DNA from: Octopus vulgaris
Lineage: Eukaryota
Length of the DNA stretch: 64,000 bases
Assembly: GCA_951406725.2 (NCBI GenBank)
Contig: OX597830.1
Location: 79,608,001 to 79,672,000 of the forward strand
Direction of reading: 5' to 3'
Shown: one piece after another, positions 27,002 through 39,313 of the stretch
Layout: each line of letters starts with the position of its first letter
Numbering within the stretch: position 1 is the stretch's first letter
Translations under genes and position numbers: made by a program
The notes under the pieces: model-generated
The model's input: the letters and a program-made list of their open reading frames with translations, nothing else
Told to the model about the DNA's origin: nothing
The model's database searches: none

Positions 27002-28348
27002 ATGCCACCCAAATCACAACAAGCAGAATCTTTAATGAACCAAAATATCCTAAAAGAATTACAAGAAATCTCCTCGAAACTTTCAACCATAATAAACAAA
27101 GTCGAACAATCGCACTTATACCTAAATGGACTCATGGAGGCCAAAACAACCAATCAAATCTCTGACATCATCCCAACACTGCAAAACCTAATGAAATCCA
27201 TAGAGACGGCAGTGCTCCCAAAGCAGGAGCAAACTAAAGACTGCTTCTCAATTAAAAGCTCTCTTAACAATACCTGGAGTAAAAATCTCAAAGCGCGTAA
27301 GTTTGCCTTCTGGAATTTCATAAAAAATAACAACAAAGCTGACATTTATGAAAAGTGGCTCAACTCTACCCCTATCATCCTACCCAGAAAACTACAAATA
27401 AAACCCATCCAAAATGAACCAGAAAACCAAAAAAACCTCAGGGAGAAACTAGCTTTTGAAAAATTCAAAACGGAAGTAGAACTCTTGCGGCTCAGAGCCA
27501 ACGCCAGTGAAGAAAAATCCAAGACCCTTGACAATGAAATGCAGATTGAAATCTCAAAACACCGTGAAGGAGCACTCCTTGTTGAAACCACCAAACTCTG
27601 GAGAAAAAACTGCGAGGATGAAGAACTAACATCCCTCCAGCGAATGGAAAAAAACAGCTGGTTCGCCAATTATGAAACAGAGTTCACAAAGGAACACCTT
27701 TCAAGCAACCCATATTTTAAAATATCTACTTCAACTCACACCCCTCGCCAAAAACAAAGAAAACCAACCACAAAACATCGAACACACACCACCCCTAACA
27801 TCGACAACAACAACAACAGAACTTACAGACAGCACTACAATCCCATCAAAAGAACCGAGACACCCATCATCACAAGACAAAACTTTACCAGACAACGTAG
27901 ACCCCAACCCACACAAGAACTGTTCCAGATTCGGAGATCCTACCCATCACTTAGAAACCCATCTCTGAACTATGATTGTAGATTCCAACCCAAACCGCTC
28001 CTAACTCAGAGTTCTCCCCCAACATATAGGAATTCACTTCTAAACCATGAATGTAGTTTCCAACCCACTCTAAGGAACCAACATTACACCCAGGACAAAC
28101 AACCCAGACCCTGGAATAACCAAAACTCTTCCAGGAGGCCACACCAACAACCCAGACCCTGGAACAACCAAAACCTCTTCAACAGACAACATATCAACGG
28201 GGGACAGAATCACAACAACCAAAACCTCTTCAACAGACAACATATCAACGGGGGACAGAATCACATACAGCAAAATACCGCAGATAGAAGAACCCCCAGG
28301 ATTCCTTTTTTAGGCAAGGGCATCAGTTTCCACGACACCAGATGGTAG
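27002..28348 (+). CDS. PLE ORF1: coiled-coil, basic low-complexity protein
   Basis: Open frame 26942-28348 with first ATG at 27002 (MPPKSQQ); heptad-like segments and an R/Q/N/P-rich tail with internal repeats. Confidence 0.8.
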   Translation: MPPKSQQAESLMNQNILKELQEISSKLSTIINKVEQSHLYLNGLMEAKTTNQISDIIPTLQNLMKSIETAVLPKQEQTKDCFSIKSSLNNTWSKNLKARKFAFWNFIKNNNKADIYEKWLNSTPIILPRKLQIKPIQNEPENQKNLREKLAFEKFKTEVELLRLRANASEEKSKTLDNEMQIEISKHREGALLVETTKLWRKNCEDEELTSLQRMEKNSWFANYETEFTKEHLSSNPYFKISTSTHTPRQKQRKPTTKHRTHTTPNIDNNNNRTYRQHYNPIKRTETPIITRQNFTRQRRPQPTQELFQIRRSYPSLRNPSLNYDCRFQPKPLLTQSSPPTYRNSLLNHECSFQPTLRNQHYTQDKQPRPWNNQNSSRRPHQQPRPWNNQNLFNRQHINGGQNHNNQNLFNRQHINGGQNHIQQNTADRRTPRIPFLGKGISFHDTRW

Positions 28349-30618
28349 ATACCAACCCCGAAAAACCAAAAATAGTGAATCTTTCTAACCTAAACCTGTC
28401 GACACCACAAATAAAAATCCTTTCAAGAGGACTAAAATTCACCCCAACTCCGCAATACCCTAACCTGAGGGAAATACAGGATGACATCTCACACTTTTGC
28501 AGAAAATTACGCCTCACAGAGGAATTTTTTGACAGGAAAACTAATAATAACGACGAATCAATGGTCCGTAACAAAAGCAACTATAATCCCATAAAAGGCA
28601 AAAACAAAACCTTAGACAAATTTTGCGATTACATCTCCAACTTCCCTTATGGTGAACTCCCACAACCTAAACTCAAACCCAACACCAGTAAAAGAGAATG
28701 GGAAATCATCCATACGCTACGAGACAATCATGACGTCACAATAAAGGAAGCTGATAAGGGTAGTACGGTCGTTGTTATGAATACTGAGCAATATAAAAAC
28801 TCTGTATCTCTCCTTTTAGAGGATACCACATACTATGAAAGAGTAGTCGACTACCAGCAATCCAAAACAATGACCAAACTGAAGGCACTCATTTACCAAC
28901 ACCGGAATGACTTGACAGCAAAGGAATGCGACTACATTACTAAATTTAATTGCAAAACCAGCACACTCTATGGGCTTCCAAAAATACACAAGAGTCAAAT
29001 TATCACAGAAGCTTGCAAAAAGTCCACTTCAACCTGCATCACTATACCACATCCCACTGATCTCAAACTGAGACCAATAGTGGCAGGCCCAAGTTGTGAA
29101 ACACACAGACTTAGCAACTTTATAGATATCATCTTAAAGCCAATACTGAAACACATTCCAAGTATTGTAAGAGATGACCTGGACCTATTAAATCATCTCC
29201 CCAAACATGCCGATAAAGACACCTTAATCGTTTCTTTTGATGTTATTAATCTTTACACCACAATCCCACATGAATATGGACTGGAAGCCATTAAATTCTG
29301 GCTGGATAAATATCCCAATGAGATCCCGGAAAGAATTAAAAAAGAATTCATAATTGAGGGCCTCAAATTTATTCTGCAAAACAACTTCATGTATTTCCAC
29401 AACAACACTTACAGACAGGTCTCAGGAACTGCAATGGGTACGAAAGTTGCACCTACCTATGCAAACCTGGTGATGGCCTACCTGGAATCATATATCTATG
29501 AAAAATCCAAATATAAGTACGGCCAGTCTTTCCACAAATACCTGTTGGAGAACTGGAAACGCTACTTAGATGATTGCCTCATCCTATGGTCCCACACACT
29601 CGACCAACTTATAGACTTCAAAAACCTTATCAACAGTGTAAATAACAACATTCAATTCACAATGGAATATAGTCAGGACCAACTCCCTTTTCTTGACATC
29701 CTAATCATTAAAAAAGGCGTCAACATTGAAACTGACATCCATTACAAACCCACTGACTCTAAACAATACCTTCTATTCACCTCCAATCACCCAAAACACA
29801 CAAAGACAAATATCCCCTTCAATCTAGCGAGAAGAATCTGCACTATTGTCTCAAATGACACAACACGAAATAGAAGACTCCGGGAACTAAGGGCAATTCT
29901 TCTCGAAAGACATTACCCGGCATCACTAGTAGACAACGGAATAGAACGGGCCAAATCAATCAACATTCAAGACCTACGAAAACCCAAACACATCCACAGT
30001 ACAGTAAATAGCCTCCCCTATCTCTCAACACACAAGCCAAGGAATGCAGAAGCTTACACTATTATATACAACAACATTCCACAACTAAATCAAGACCCAC
30101 GCCTGAAAAAAGTACTGGCAGCTCATAAAATAATAAAAAGTAAGAGACAACCTAAATCCCTAAAAAACCTCCTCACCAACGCAAAATTACACAACACAAA
30201 CCCACCGCCCACCATAAAAAAATGTGGTCGCCCCAACTGCAAGACCTGCATCCACCTCATTGAGGGATCGTCGTACAAGTTCCACTCGGGACACACATTC
30301 ATCATAAAAAATAATTTCACGTGCGCATCAAAAAGTTTACTCTACGTCATAAGGTGTGAAGGATGCCACGAAGACTACATAGGGCAAACGAGCCTTACCC
30401 TCAGAGAAAGAATGACAGTTCACCGACAACAACTGAGGGACCCCTCCACAAGACAGATACCATTAAGTGGACACTTAGACCTTTGTGCACACAATAAGTC
30501 CCCCAAATTCTTAGTCTTCCCACTATACCAATGCTCGGACAACACCACAGACCAAACACGAATAAATAAGGAAAGTAATCTTATTCAAAAATACAGACCA
30601 CAACTAAACATACTCTAA
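28342..30618 (+). CDS. PLE reverse transcriptase + GIY-YIG endonuclease
   Basis: 758 aa: ADKG, YGLPKIHK, SFDVINLYT, GTAMG, RYLDD, PFLD; Cys linker CGRPNCKTC; LLYVIRC..C...YIGQT..LRERM..H. Confidence 0.96.
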   Translation: MVDTNPEKPKIVNLSNLNLSTPQIKILSRGLKFTPTPQYPNLREIQDDISHFCRKLRLTEEFFDRKTNNNDESMVRNKSNYNPIKGKNKTLDKFCDYISNFPYGELPQPKLKPNTSKREWEIIHTLRDNHDVTIKEADKGSTVVVMNTEQYKNSVSLLLEDTTYYERVVDYQQSKTMTKLKALIYQHRNDLTAKECDYITKFNCKTSTLYGLPKIHKSQIITEACKKSTSTCITIPHPTDLKLRPIVAGPSCETHRLSNFIDIILKPILKHIPSIVRDDLDLLNHLPKHADKDTLIVSFDVINLYTTIPHEYGLEAIKFWLDKYPNEIPERIKKEFIIEGLKFILQNNFMYFHNNTYRQVSGTAMGTKVAPTYANLVMAYLESYIYEKSKYKYGQSFHKYLLENWKRYLDDCLILWSHTLDQLIDFKNLINSVNNNIQFTMEYSQDQLPFLDILIIKKGVNIETDIHYKPTDSKQYLLFTSNHPKHTKTNIPFNLARRICTIVSNDTTRNRRLRELRAILLERHYPASLVDNGIERAKSINIQDLRKPKHIHSTVNSLPYLSTHKPRNAEAYTIIYNNIPQLNQDPRLKKVLAAHKIIKSKRQPKSLKNLLTNAKLHNTNPPPTIKKCGRPNCKTCIHLIEGSSYKFHSGHTFIIKNNFTCASKSLLYVIRCEGCHEDYIGQTSLTLRERMTVHRQQLRDPSTRQIPLSGHLDLCAHNKSPKFLVFPLYQCSDNTTDQTRINKESNLIQKYRPQLNIL

Positions 30619-30803
30619 CATACACCCTAGAAACACATCCAGAGCAAGCACACAGGAACACGCGCACACTCACAGCATATCGTGCGGGGGCGCACATGCG
30701 CACATCGGCACGCATAGGACACACTAGCGGGCATTGACCGCACACATACGTGGCACGCACACGCATGCATTATATATATGTAGGTTATGTATATGTGTGA
30801 GTG

Positions 30804-30835
<32 letters not shown>

Positions 30836-30989
30836 ACGTTGTGTGTGTGTGTGTGCGCGTGTGTATATATATGTGTGTGTGTGTGTGCACTGTGTGCATG
30901 TGTGTGTATGTGTGTGTCTGTGCGCGCGTTGTGTGTGTGTGTGTGTACGTGTGTATATATGTGTGTGTGTGCACTGTGTGCGTGTGTGT

Positions 30990-31020
<31 letters not shown>

Positions 31021-31063
31021 AGCATTGTGTACGTGTGTATGTATTTACATGTGTATTTGTTTT

Positions 31064-31096
<33 letters not shown>

Positions 31097-31286
31097 TGTG
31101 TGTGTATATGCATGGTATGTGTGTATATGTGAGTACATTGTTTGTGTGTGTGTGCGGTATGTAGAGATATATTTGAGTGTGTTCGCTATAGGTTGTATTT
31201 TGTGTGTGTGGGTATGTGTGTGAATTTTATATATATATGTGTGTGTATGTGTGTGATAAAATATATATGTGCATGTATGTATGTAT

Positions 31287-31324
<38 letters not shown>

Positions 31325-32498
31325 GTGTGTGTATGTGTGTGTGTATATATATTTGCATGTATATGTGTGTATAAACATGTGCATTATTTGCATGCGCATT
31401 GTGTATATGTATATTGTATGTATGTGTATTGTATATGTATGTGTACAATTAAGTGTATGTATGTTATGTGTGTGTGTGTATATATATATTATATGTATGC
31501 GTACGTGTATGTGTATGCATTGTATGTATGTATATTGTGTGTATATGTGGTATATCTATGTATGTGTATGTAAACACTGTTTATATGTATATATGTATAT
31601 ATGTATATGCATTGTCTATATATATATATATATTATATGTATGTATTGCGTATGTATATTGCATGCATATATTGTGTATGTGTATTATATACATGCTGTG
31701 TATGTGTATTGTATGTGTATATATATGCTAGGTGTATTTGTGTGATATTTATATTATGTATGTATGTGTGCGTGTGTTGTGTGTGTGTGTGTGTGTGTTG
31801 TGTGTGTATGTGTGTTATATATGTGTGTATATTATATATAAATACATGTTATATTTGTGTGCTGTGTGTATATATTATATATGTGGGTGCGTTGTGTGTG
31901 TTGGGTGTATGTGGTGTGTGTTTGTATACTATGTGTGTGTGTGTGTGTTGTTGTGCATGTGTGTGTATATGTGTGTGACAAATAGACGCTGTCTGACAGC
32001 AGGCACACGGACACATCTATTCACACCCGCATACTAACCTCCCGATAACCCCAAAATCATTGATGCTTGAAGGGGAAGTATAAACCAACTGGGTACACAT
32101 CTTTTTTTCTCTCAATTCAACTTTTCTGCTAAAACAAACAGGTCAGTAAAAACATATTCTCGCCTTCAACTCAAAATATTCTGAGATGTATAAAAATCCA
32201 TTTTAATTTTTGCTGTCAAAAGACTTTATATATATACCAAAGACTGTATATATATACATGTAATGTGACAATTTGCGACAACCAATAATTAACGCAACCA
32301 AATTTCCAATAATATATTGTTTTATTCTTTTCTGCCAATTTTTCCAAATATTCTCATCACACTATTGAACTTCTCTGTTTCCAAACACTATATTTATACA
32401 TGTAATGTGACAATTATGTATAAAAAAACATTTTTGAATTCATAATATTCAATGTGACAATTATGTAAAAAACTTTTTTGAACCCATATTATTCAATG

Positions 32499-32543
32499 TT
32501 ACTTTTGACGATCTTTTACCAAAGAGTGAAACCGGTTAAGTAA
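32499..32543 (+). ncRNA. Minimal hammerhead-like ribozyme (3' pLTR)
   Basis: Stem I TTACTT/AAGTAA, core TTGACGA, stem II CTTTT(ACCA)AAGAG, GAAA, palindromic CCGG loop III. Confidence 0.62.
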
Positions 32544-32811
32544 ATAAACATCGTTTAAATTGCATTTTCAAACCTTTTTTCTTATATGTATGTATATATA
32601 TATATATGTATGTATATATATATATGTATGTATATATATATATGTATGTATATATATATGTATCTATATATATATGTATGTATGTATATATATATATGTA
32701 TGTATACATATATATATATATATATATGTATGTATATATATATATAATCCCACTCGTGCGATACCCCACAACTCAACTTTTTTATATATACATACATATA
32801 TATATATATAA

Positions 32812-32852
<41 letters not shown>

Positions 32853-32875
32853 CATATATATATAAACATACATAC

Positions 32876-32938
<63 letters not shown>

Positions 32939-33008
32939 CATACATATATATATACATACATATATACATACATATATATATATACATATATATACATATA
33001 TATATATA

Positions 33009-33060
<52 letters not shown>

Positions 33061-33211
33061 TATTACAAAATATATAGAACTGCTTAAGAAGTATTCGTGT
33101 CGAACCAAAGACAAAAGATAAGAATTTTAAAATATCTCAAATTCGGCAATCATTGGTCATAATTCGTGCAAACAGAAGTAATAAAGAAAAAAATGAAAAA
33201 CATTAAATTAC

Positions 33212-33281
33212 TTGGAATTCTTTGTCACTATAACTGTCTTTTTCAGCCGATGATTCTAAATTCCTTTCAGAAGATGGTGAT
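33212..33281 (-). CDS. TRPM N-terminal extension exon (SPSSERNLESSAEKDSYSDKEFQ)
   Basis: tag|...|gtaat; 70 nt with a single open frame, phase 2 to 0; the paralogous exon differs by two in-frame 12-nt indels. Confidence 0.75.
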
Positions 33282-34795
33282 CTACAAAAAATGAACCACG
33301 GAGAAAGTTTAAGATTAGTGAAAGTTGTTTGTCATATGGAGTGTAGTTAACATTCTGGACATTTGAACTTCATCTAAAAGTTAAGAAAAGGAGAAAAGTG
33401 ATATTGTTGCATGGGTTGGGAGAAAGAAACAATGGAATATTACTGAAAGACCAATATAGGAGGTGATGAGAAGGATGACCAAGAGGAAGTTAAGGTCAGA
33501 ATGAGTCTGGGTCTGGTGAACAAAGGCGGAGAGGAAAGCTAAGAACATATGAGGAGAACGTAGAAAGAGTCAGTGAGGATTATGACTAAATTTATGGAGT
33601 AATATCTATGTGTATTTAGACCTGTTGTGAAATTAGGAATACATTTCAATAAGTAGCTTTGAACAATTTTATTTCAAAAGAGAGGTCAGCAAATCTTGAC
33701 GAAGTGCTCAGACAGTAAAACTCGTCAGTTTGATTTTTATTACAAGCTGCTGAAAATATAGTTCATAGACTTCATTTCACATCAAAAGGTACATTTACGC
33801 ATTAAGTATGGGGTGTAAATACTCATGTAATTAATATCAAGTCATCAAATTTCTACAATTTTAAATGGCATTTAATTGGTACAATTTTGATTGTGTTTTG
33901 ATATATAGCCTTCTGCCATTTGTCTCGGATTTGTGGAATGTGTAGGTGTGTGAGATATGATGAACTGTAAAAGACAGTAAATCTGCTTAGTTTAATTCAC
34001 ATCTCTAGAAAATCTTCTGCTTCAATGTATGATTTCTTACATAAAATAAGACCTCAAATTTCAACAATTACCATAAGGTTTTTGTTTGACCGTTTTATAA
34101 TTCTGATAATCCACTACCTTTTCTTCAGATGTATATTAAGACACAAACAAACAATAACATTAGAAGAGATAAACTGATAGGTTAAACATTTCTGAATTGA
34201 CTGTATGTATTTGGTGGAGATACTTAGCGTTTATGGGGCAAATTTCAAAGCTACACTAAATACACGGTAGTAACACACTTTACATTGTTCTTAGTTTGCA
34301 CGGATTTACTTGAGCATCGCTTTTGTTGGAACCAAAATGTTTTCGCTTTTCCCTTTATATCTACAGGAATCCCTTTTGTAGTTTCCGATTCAATATTTCC
34401 TTTTCCTTATCGTTATAACGTCATTTCATTTCTTCAATACAAAAGGCTCTGACTAATGCCTAAATTAGAATTAATATCATATATTTATAAATATCTGGTT
34501 AATATTTTCGAGACTAAATAATAATTTCAAATGTCCAGAAAATTGATTTTTTTAGAACTGAAGATATATTATCAAATCTAGTTCAAAATGGTCAAAGTCG
34601 TCAACAGAAACTATGAAAGAGTGAAGTATAAAAGAAAAAACAGAAACAAAGAAACAATCAGAGCCAGTAAAATTGCTGGATCTCTTGTAACTTTAAAACA
34701 AACATCACACCTTCATGGTTACATTACATCAACAAAGGAAAATACTTTACTTCAAATAGAATATAAAATCCAATATCACCATAATACCTATACCA

Positions 34796-34839
<44 letters not shown>

Positions 34840-36475
34840 GTTTATTTTTCTTCGAAAAGGATTTTTTACTCGATTGCTTGGAAGTGCTAAGGTGGAAACC
34901 GAGATGTATAACTTGGTATAAGAAGAGACAAAAATTGAAATAATCATTTCATATTTATGAATTACATCAACATAATAAATACATAACTACATACACAGAT
35001 ATAACATATATTAAATTTAAGGTTAAAGGACGTTGAAATGAGGACTAATAGTTATAAGATACATCGACAGTAGTTAGAAATCCTAATTATAGATTTAAAA
35101 TTTTAGAAGAGTTCCGAAGAAATGATGTACAGAGGTTTATAACATCAATATGAAGCAATTCGAAGGCCGTTTTTGGAGTCCATTAGTCAGCAGGTATGAA
35201 TCCTTTCGATTCACACTGACATGTCCCCTTTACTAGGGATAAATAAATAGATAATTAATCAAGTTTGAAGACATGTAAGAGAAAAGAAAAGAAAGGAAGG
35301 AAATTTCTGGTTACATTACGTTGGTCGTCGGCAACTCTGTCAGATACTGACCACTTTTACGATGATTCACGCTTATATACAAAAGGAAACTTCTAGTGTA
35401 GGATGATGGGTGAAGTTTAAAAAACAATCGATTTTCCAATAAATTCCGAGAATAATCAATTACTAATAGCAGAAGAAGCAGGACTGCCAAATACTTCATT
35501 CCTTGTACTTCGTCTTATAGAGTTCCATGAAAGATGAGTGAAATTTATGGGTTCATGAATGAATGGTATCAGACAATTTATTTAATATGCCCGAATTGCA
35601 ATATTATAAAATAATGTATGATTCTCTAATGCATAACGTACATTTGTTACCTATAGCATTATAGGGGAGGCCATTTGCTAGTATATATGCTCTTATTCCT
35701 TAAATTATGTATATATGAGGGTAGAGTAGTAGAATTTTTATATTTAATGTTAGTAAATGAATTTAAATGCGTTCTATAACTTTTTTTTTAAATACAACAG
35801 TACTAACTATATATGTTCCAGTCTGATACTTATCTGATACTACTGTACATCCGTATACTACATTTTAATGAAGACAGAATCATTCAAGTGGGCATAAATC
35901 GATTTTTATACAACTACATATTTTCCCTAATTTATTTTTGCTATTATCTATATATTTTGGAGGGGTGGATTTCCATTATTTAAGGCTACCTTAAAGAATT
36001 TTAGTTGAGGAAATCAACTCCGGGACTCATTCTTTGTAAGTCTAGTACTTATTCTATAGGTCTATCCGCGAACCGGTAAGTTACGGGAACGTAAACACAC
36101 TAACGTCGGTTGTGAGACGATAGTGGAAGGAAAATACAGACACGAAGACACACACATACACATATACATAATATACGACGGTCTTCCTTTGGTTTCCCTC
36201 TACCAAGTCCACTCACAAGGCTTTGGTCGGTCCGAGGCCTTAGTAGAAGAAATCGTTTTGCCATCGCGCCCAGACAGGTATATAATGTTGAAAAGCTACA
36301 AAAATGTCGAAACACCGATATCCATCATTCCAAAATGGGAATGAGGGTGAGTTATCTCGCCTGTCTATGATTAAGTTGTTTTAACACCGTCGAAATTAGC
36401 CTTATATACTCCACTACACTATTGTGGACAACTGACACTTTCCATCATATCATATAAGCTACTGTGAGTTTTCAC

Positions 36476-36518
<43 letters not shown>

Positions 36519-36520
36519 TT

Positions 36521-36968
36521 GTTATATTTCGGAATGGTCATTTTGCAAGTTTAGCCAATAAAAACACACGCACTATATACTTGGTGTTACTTTGCTTCAG
36601 TGTTATTTATGTTTTTACATTAATCTTAATCTTATTTCGGCCAGAGTTCTTTCGTCACACTCCTGTGACCGCTGCAGTGGTCTTTTGTTTTCTTCTTTCT
36701 TATTTGTGTCTCTCTTTACTAACCGTCAGCCATTTTGTGTTTCTATTGTATGTGTCTTCATTTGCGCATGCTTATATCTCTATGTGCGTCTATGTTTATT
36801 TAGTGTGTGTATGTGGGAAGATGCCTGCAATATTTGTATCTTCTGTTTATATACGTTCGTGTAATTTGTTTTTGTTTTTGTTTATTCTTATTTTGTTCAT
36901 GTGTTTAAATCCACATATTATTATTATCATTACGTATGATTGTATGTATGTATGTATAACAACAATAC

Positions 36969-37009
<41 letters not shown>

Positions 37010-37500
37010 CATTTTAAAACATTTCAAAAATTAAAAATTTTTTAAAATAAAAAAAAATCTTTTAAATTTAATAAAGAGATTATATAGTTATTTATTTCTA
37101 TTTGTATATTTATCTGTGTATTTTATTCATTATGTTTTTGGTTTTGTTTATATTGTAACCAGTTTATGGGGATCCTCTACTGTCATATGTTGTGATGTGT
37201 GCTAGTGTTCCATTCCAGTTACCTATTCAGGCTAGGTTTATCTTCTATTATGTGTGTAGCTTCCGTAATTTGTCTGAATGTTGCATCTGTTCTATGCGTA
37301 GACAAGATTTTAACATCTCTGTTGTTGATTGATCTCCCGTGTTCCTGCTCGGCGTATTGGTACAGAATCGATGAGCTTTTACCTTCCTTAAGTTCTCTCC
37401 AATGTCCATTTACCCGCTCTCCTATGCTTCGTGCCGTTTCCCCTAGGTATGTCGTTGTCTTGTTACTGTATCATCCCTCTATACATCTTATACTATAGAC
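36521..37500 (-). mobile_element. 5'-truncated PLE (GIY-YIG end + 3' repeat)
   Basis: TYLGETARSIGE...EATHIIEDKPSLNR GIY-YIG C-terminus; hammerhead-like motif at 36639-36682. Confidence 0.75.
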
Positions 37501-37639
37501 TACTATTATCTTAGCCTGAATATTTAAAATTTTATAATTATTAATTTTTATCAATATTAATTATTTACTATTATTCATTTTCATTTTTATTAAATTTCAT
37601 ATTTTAACATTTTTGTATACTTTCTTTTATTATTATCTT

Positions 37640-37825
37640 TTAGGCGGCGAACTGGCAGAATCGTAAGCGCGTCGCTTCGTTCGGATTTCAAATTCCACCG
37701 AGTCGACTTTGCTTTTCATCCTTTTGAGGGTCGATAAATTAAGTACCAGTAAAAACACTGGAGTCGGTGTAACCGACTAATCTCTACCCCACAAACATGA
37801 GACCTTGTGCCTACAGTAGAATGGA
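37640..37825 (+). mobile_element. SINE
   Basis: ggcggcgaactggcagaatcg head and the same body as 2558-2745. Confidence 0.6.
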
Positions 37826-39257
37826 TTATTATTATCACCTTATTTTATTATTATTATTATTTTACTTAAATAAAAATATTAACACACACACACAAATAAC
37901 AAAGCATATTTCATCTACTTTGTTGGAGTATCTCAGCCGATCAGCATGTAACTTCCTTTCGGCTTTCGAAACCGCAACTCCAAATCACCATGCAATAACC
38001 TATCACTAGACCAATGAAATTTTACCTCCGATCAGAACTGGACCCTCAAGAAAATAAACAGAGTGACTCGGTAAGAGAATCAAACAACAGGAACGTTTCA
38101 TGACCATTCCCCACAGGCAAGACAACCAGGCAGAATGTCAAACTTGGTCTCCAGAATGAATAAGAATAAGAATTATAACGAATCAAAAATTGTATCCTTT
38201 CACAGAAAAGATTATAGATACACGGATTCCAAAGCAGTCCGTTACAGGCGAAAAACCCTCTACGCGACGGTAAAAAGAATCACGTGCAAGATGAAAGAAA
38301 CTGTAACAAAATCCCTTTTGCTTACTCTCTTCTTTCTTTATTTGTTTCTCTCTTAAATCAGTATGACTGAACTTTTGGTGATCCACATCTTTTATATACT
38401 TCGCCCATCATTTTCTGATATTATTGAATTTTGTGAACATTTAATCATTTAAATATGTTTTCTAATTCGCAAACAAAATAGGGCTTTGGGACCGAGAAGA
38501 GGAGGTAACGCTTATAAAATGTCTTGAAGGATGGTGAACATAGCGACAGAAAATTTGCGACTGTTCAGCTACGGGACCAGTGTAAGTAGGGAAGAAAAAG
38601 AGGTACTGGCAGTTGGTCACGCGACAGCAGCAGGCAGAGGAGAAAGACTGCAGGGTGAGAGAACGACAGAGAAAAATAGGGAAGGGATGAAGGGAAAGAA
38701 GAAAGGCTGGGAATACAAGAGAGAGAAGGAGTAAGTAGAAAGTCTATAATAAATAAATACTACCATACATATATGTGTATATGTATATATATTAAGTATG
38801 TAGGTATGTTTTAAAATGTATGGGCTATTTACGGAGTGCTCATAGAGAGCCTACACGAAAAAATACAGAGTAGAGAAAATTTAAAACGCAAGTCTTAGTA
38901 AGTCAAACAGATTCCCGAACGCATAAAGGAGAAATTTCAATCGAAGTAGTTGAATCATATATATTTATACACATCAACATAAATCATGCATGTACAGGCG
39001 TGAAAATTCCCTAAGGTTATAAAGAATGAAATCAAACATACATAGAAATATAGAAGAAATATAAAATATATGTAAAAATACTTATTAAATTACATATAAA
39101 TAAATTTACATACAACGAGTTATACGTGATAAATATAGGAGGTGCAAAGTGGATGAGAGATTGGTACATTCTGTAAGGATCAGATATCGAGATATGTAGG
39201 TATTTAGTGGGTCTTTCGATATGATGAAAGTTTATCTGGAAATGTCTGTCTACTTAC

Positions 39258-39313
39258 ATATCAAAAGATGTCGATGCCACAGGCGGTTGAATTTGTGTTT
39301 CTGTTGTTTCAGG
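39258..39313 (-). CDS. TRPM N-terminal extension exon (PETTETQIQPPVASTSFD)
   Basis: ttttctctag|...|gtaagt; 56 nt, phase 0 to 2, fits between neighbouring exons. Confidence 0.75.

Larger units (their letters stand above)
23690..32790 (+). mobile_element. Penelope-like retroelement (GIY-YIG, Neptune-like) with direct and inverted pseudo-LTRs
   Basis: Intact RT + GIY-YIG ORF; direct repeat 25975-26980 / 31706-32790; inverted copy of the 3' end at 23690-25972; hammerhead motif in each repeat; (TA)n flanks. Confidence 0.95.

Noticed and set aside
28342-30618. Naiad-type selenoprotein PLE
   Set aside because: The ORF has no in-frame TGA, and the endonuclease is C-terminal rather than N-terminal.
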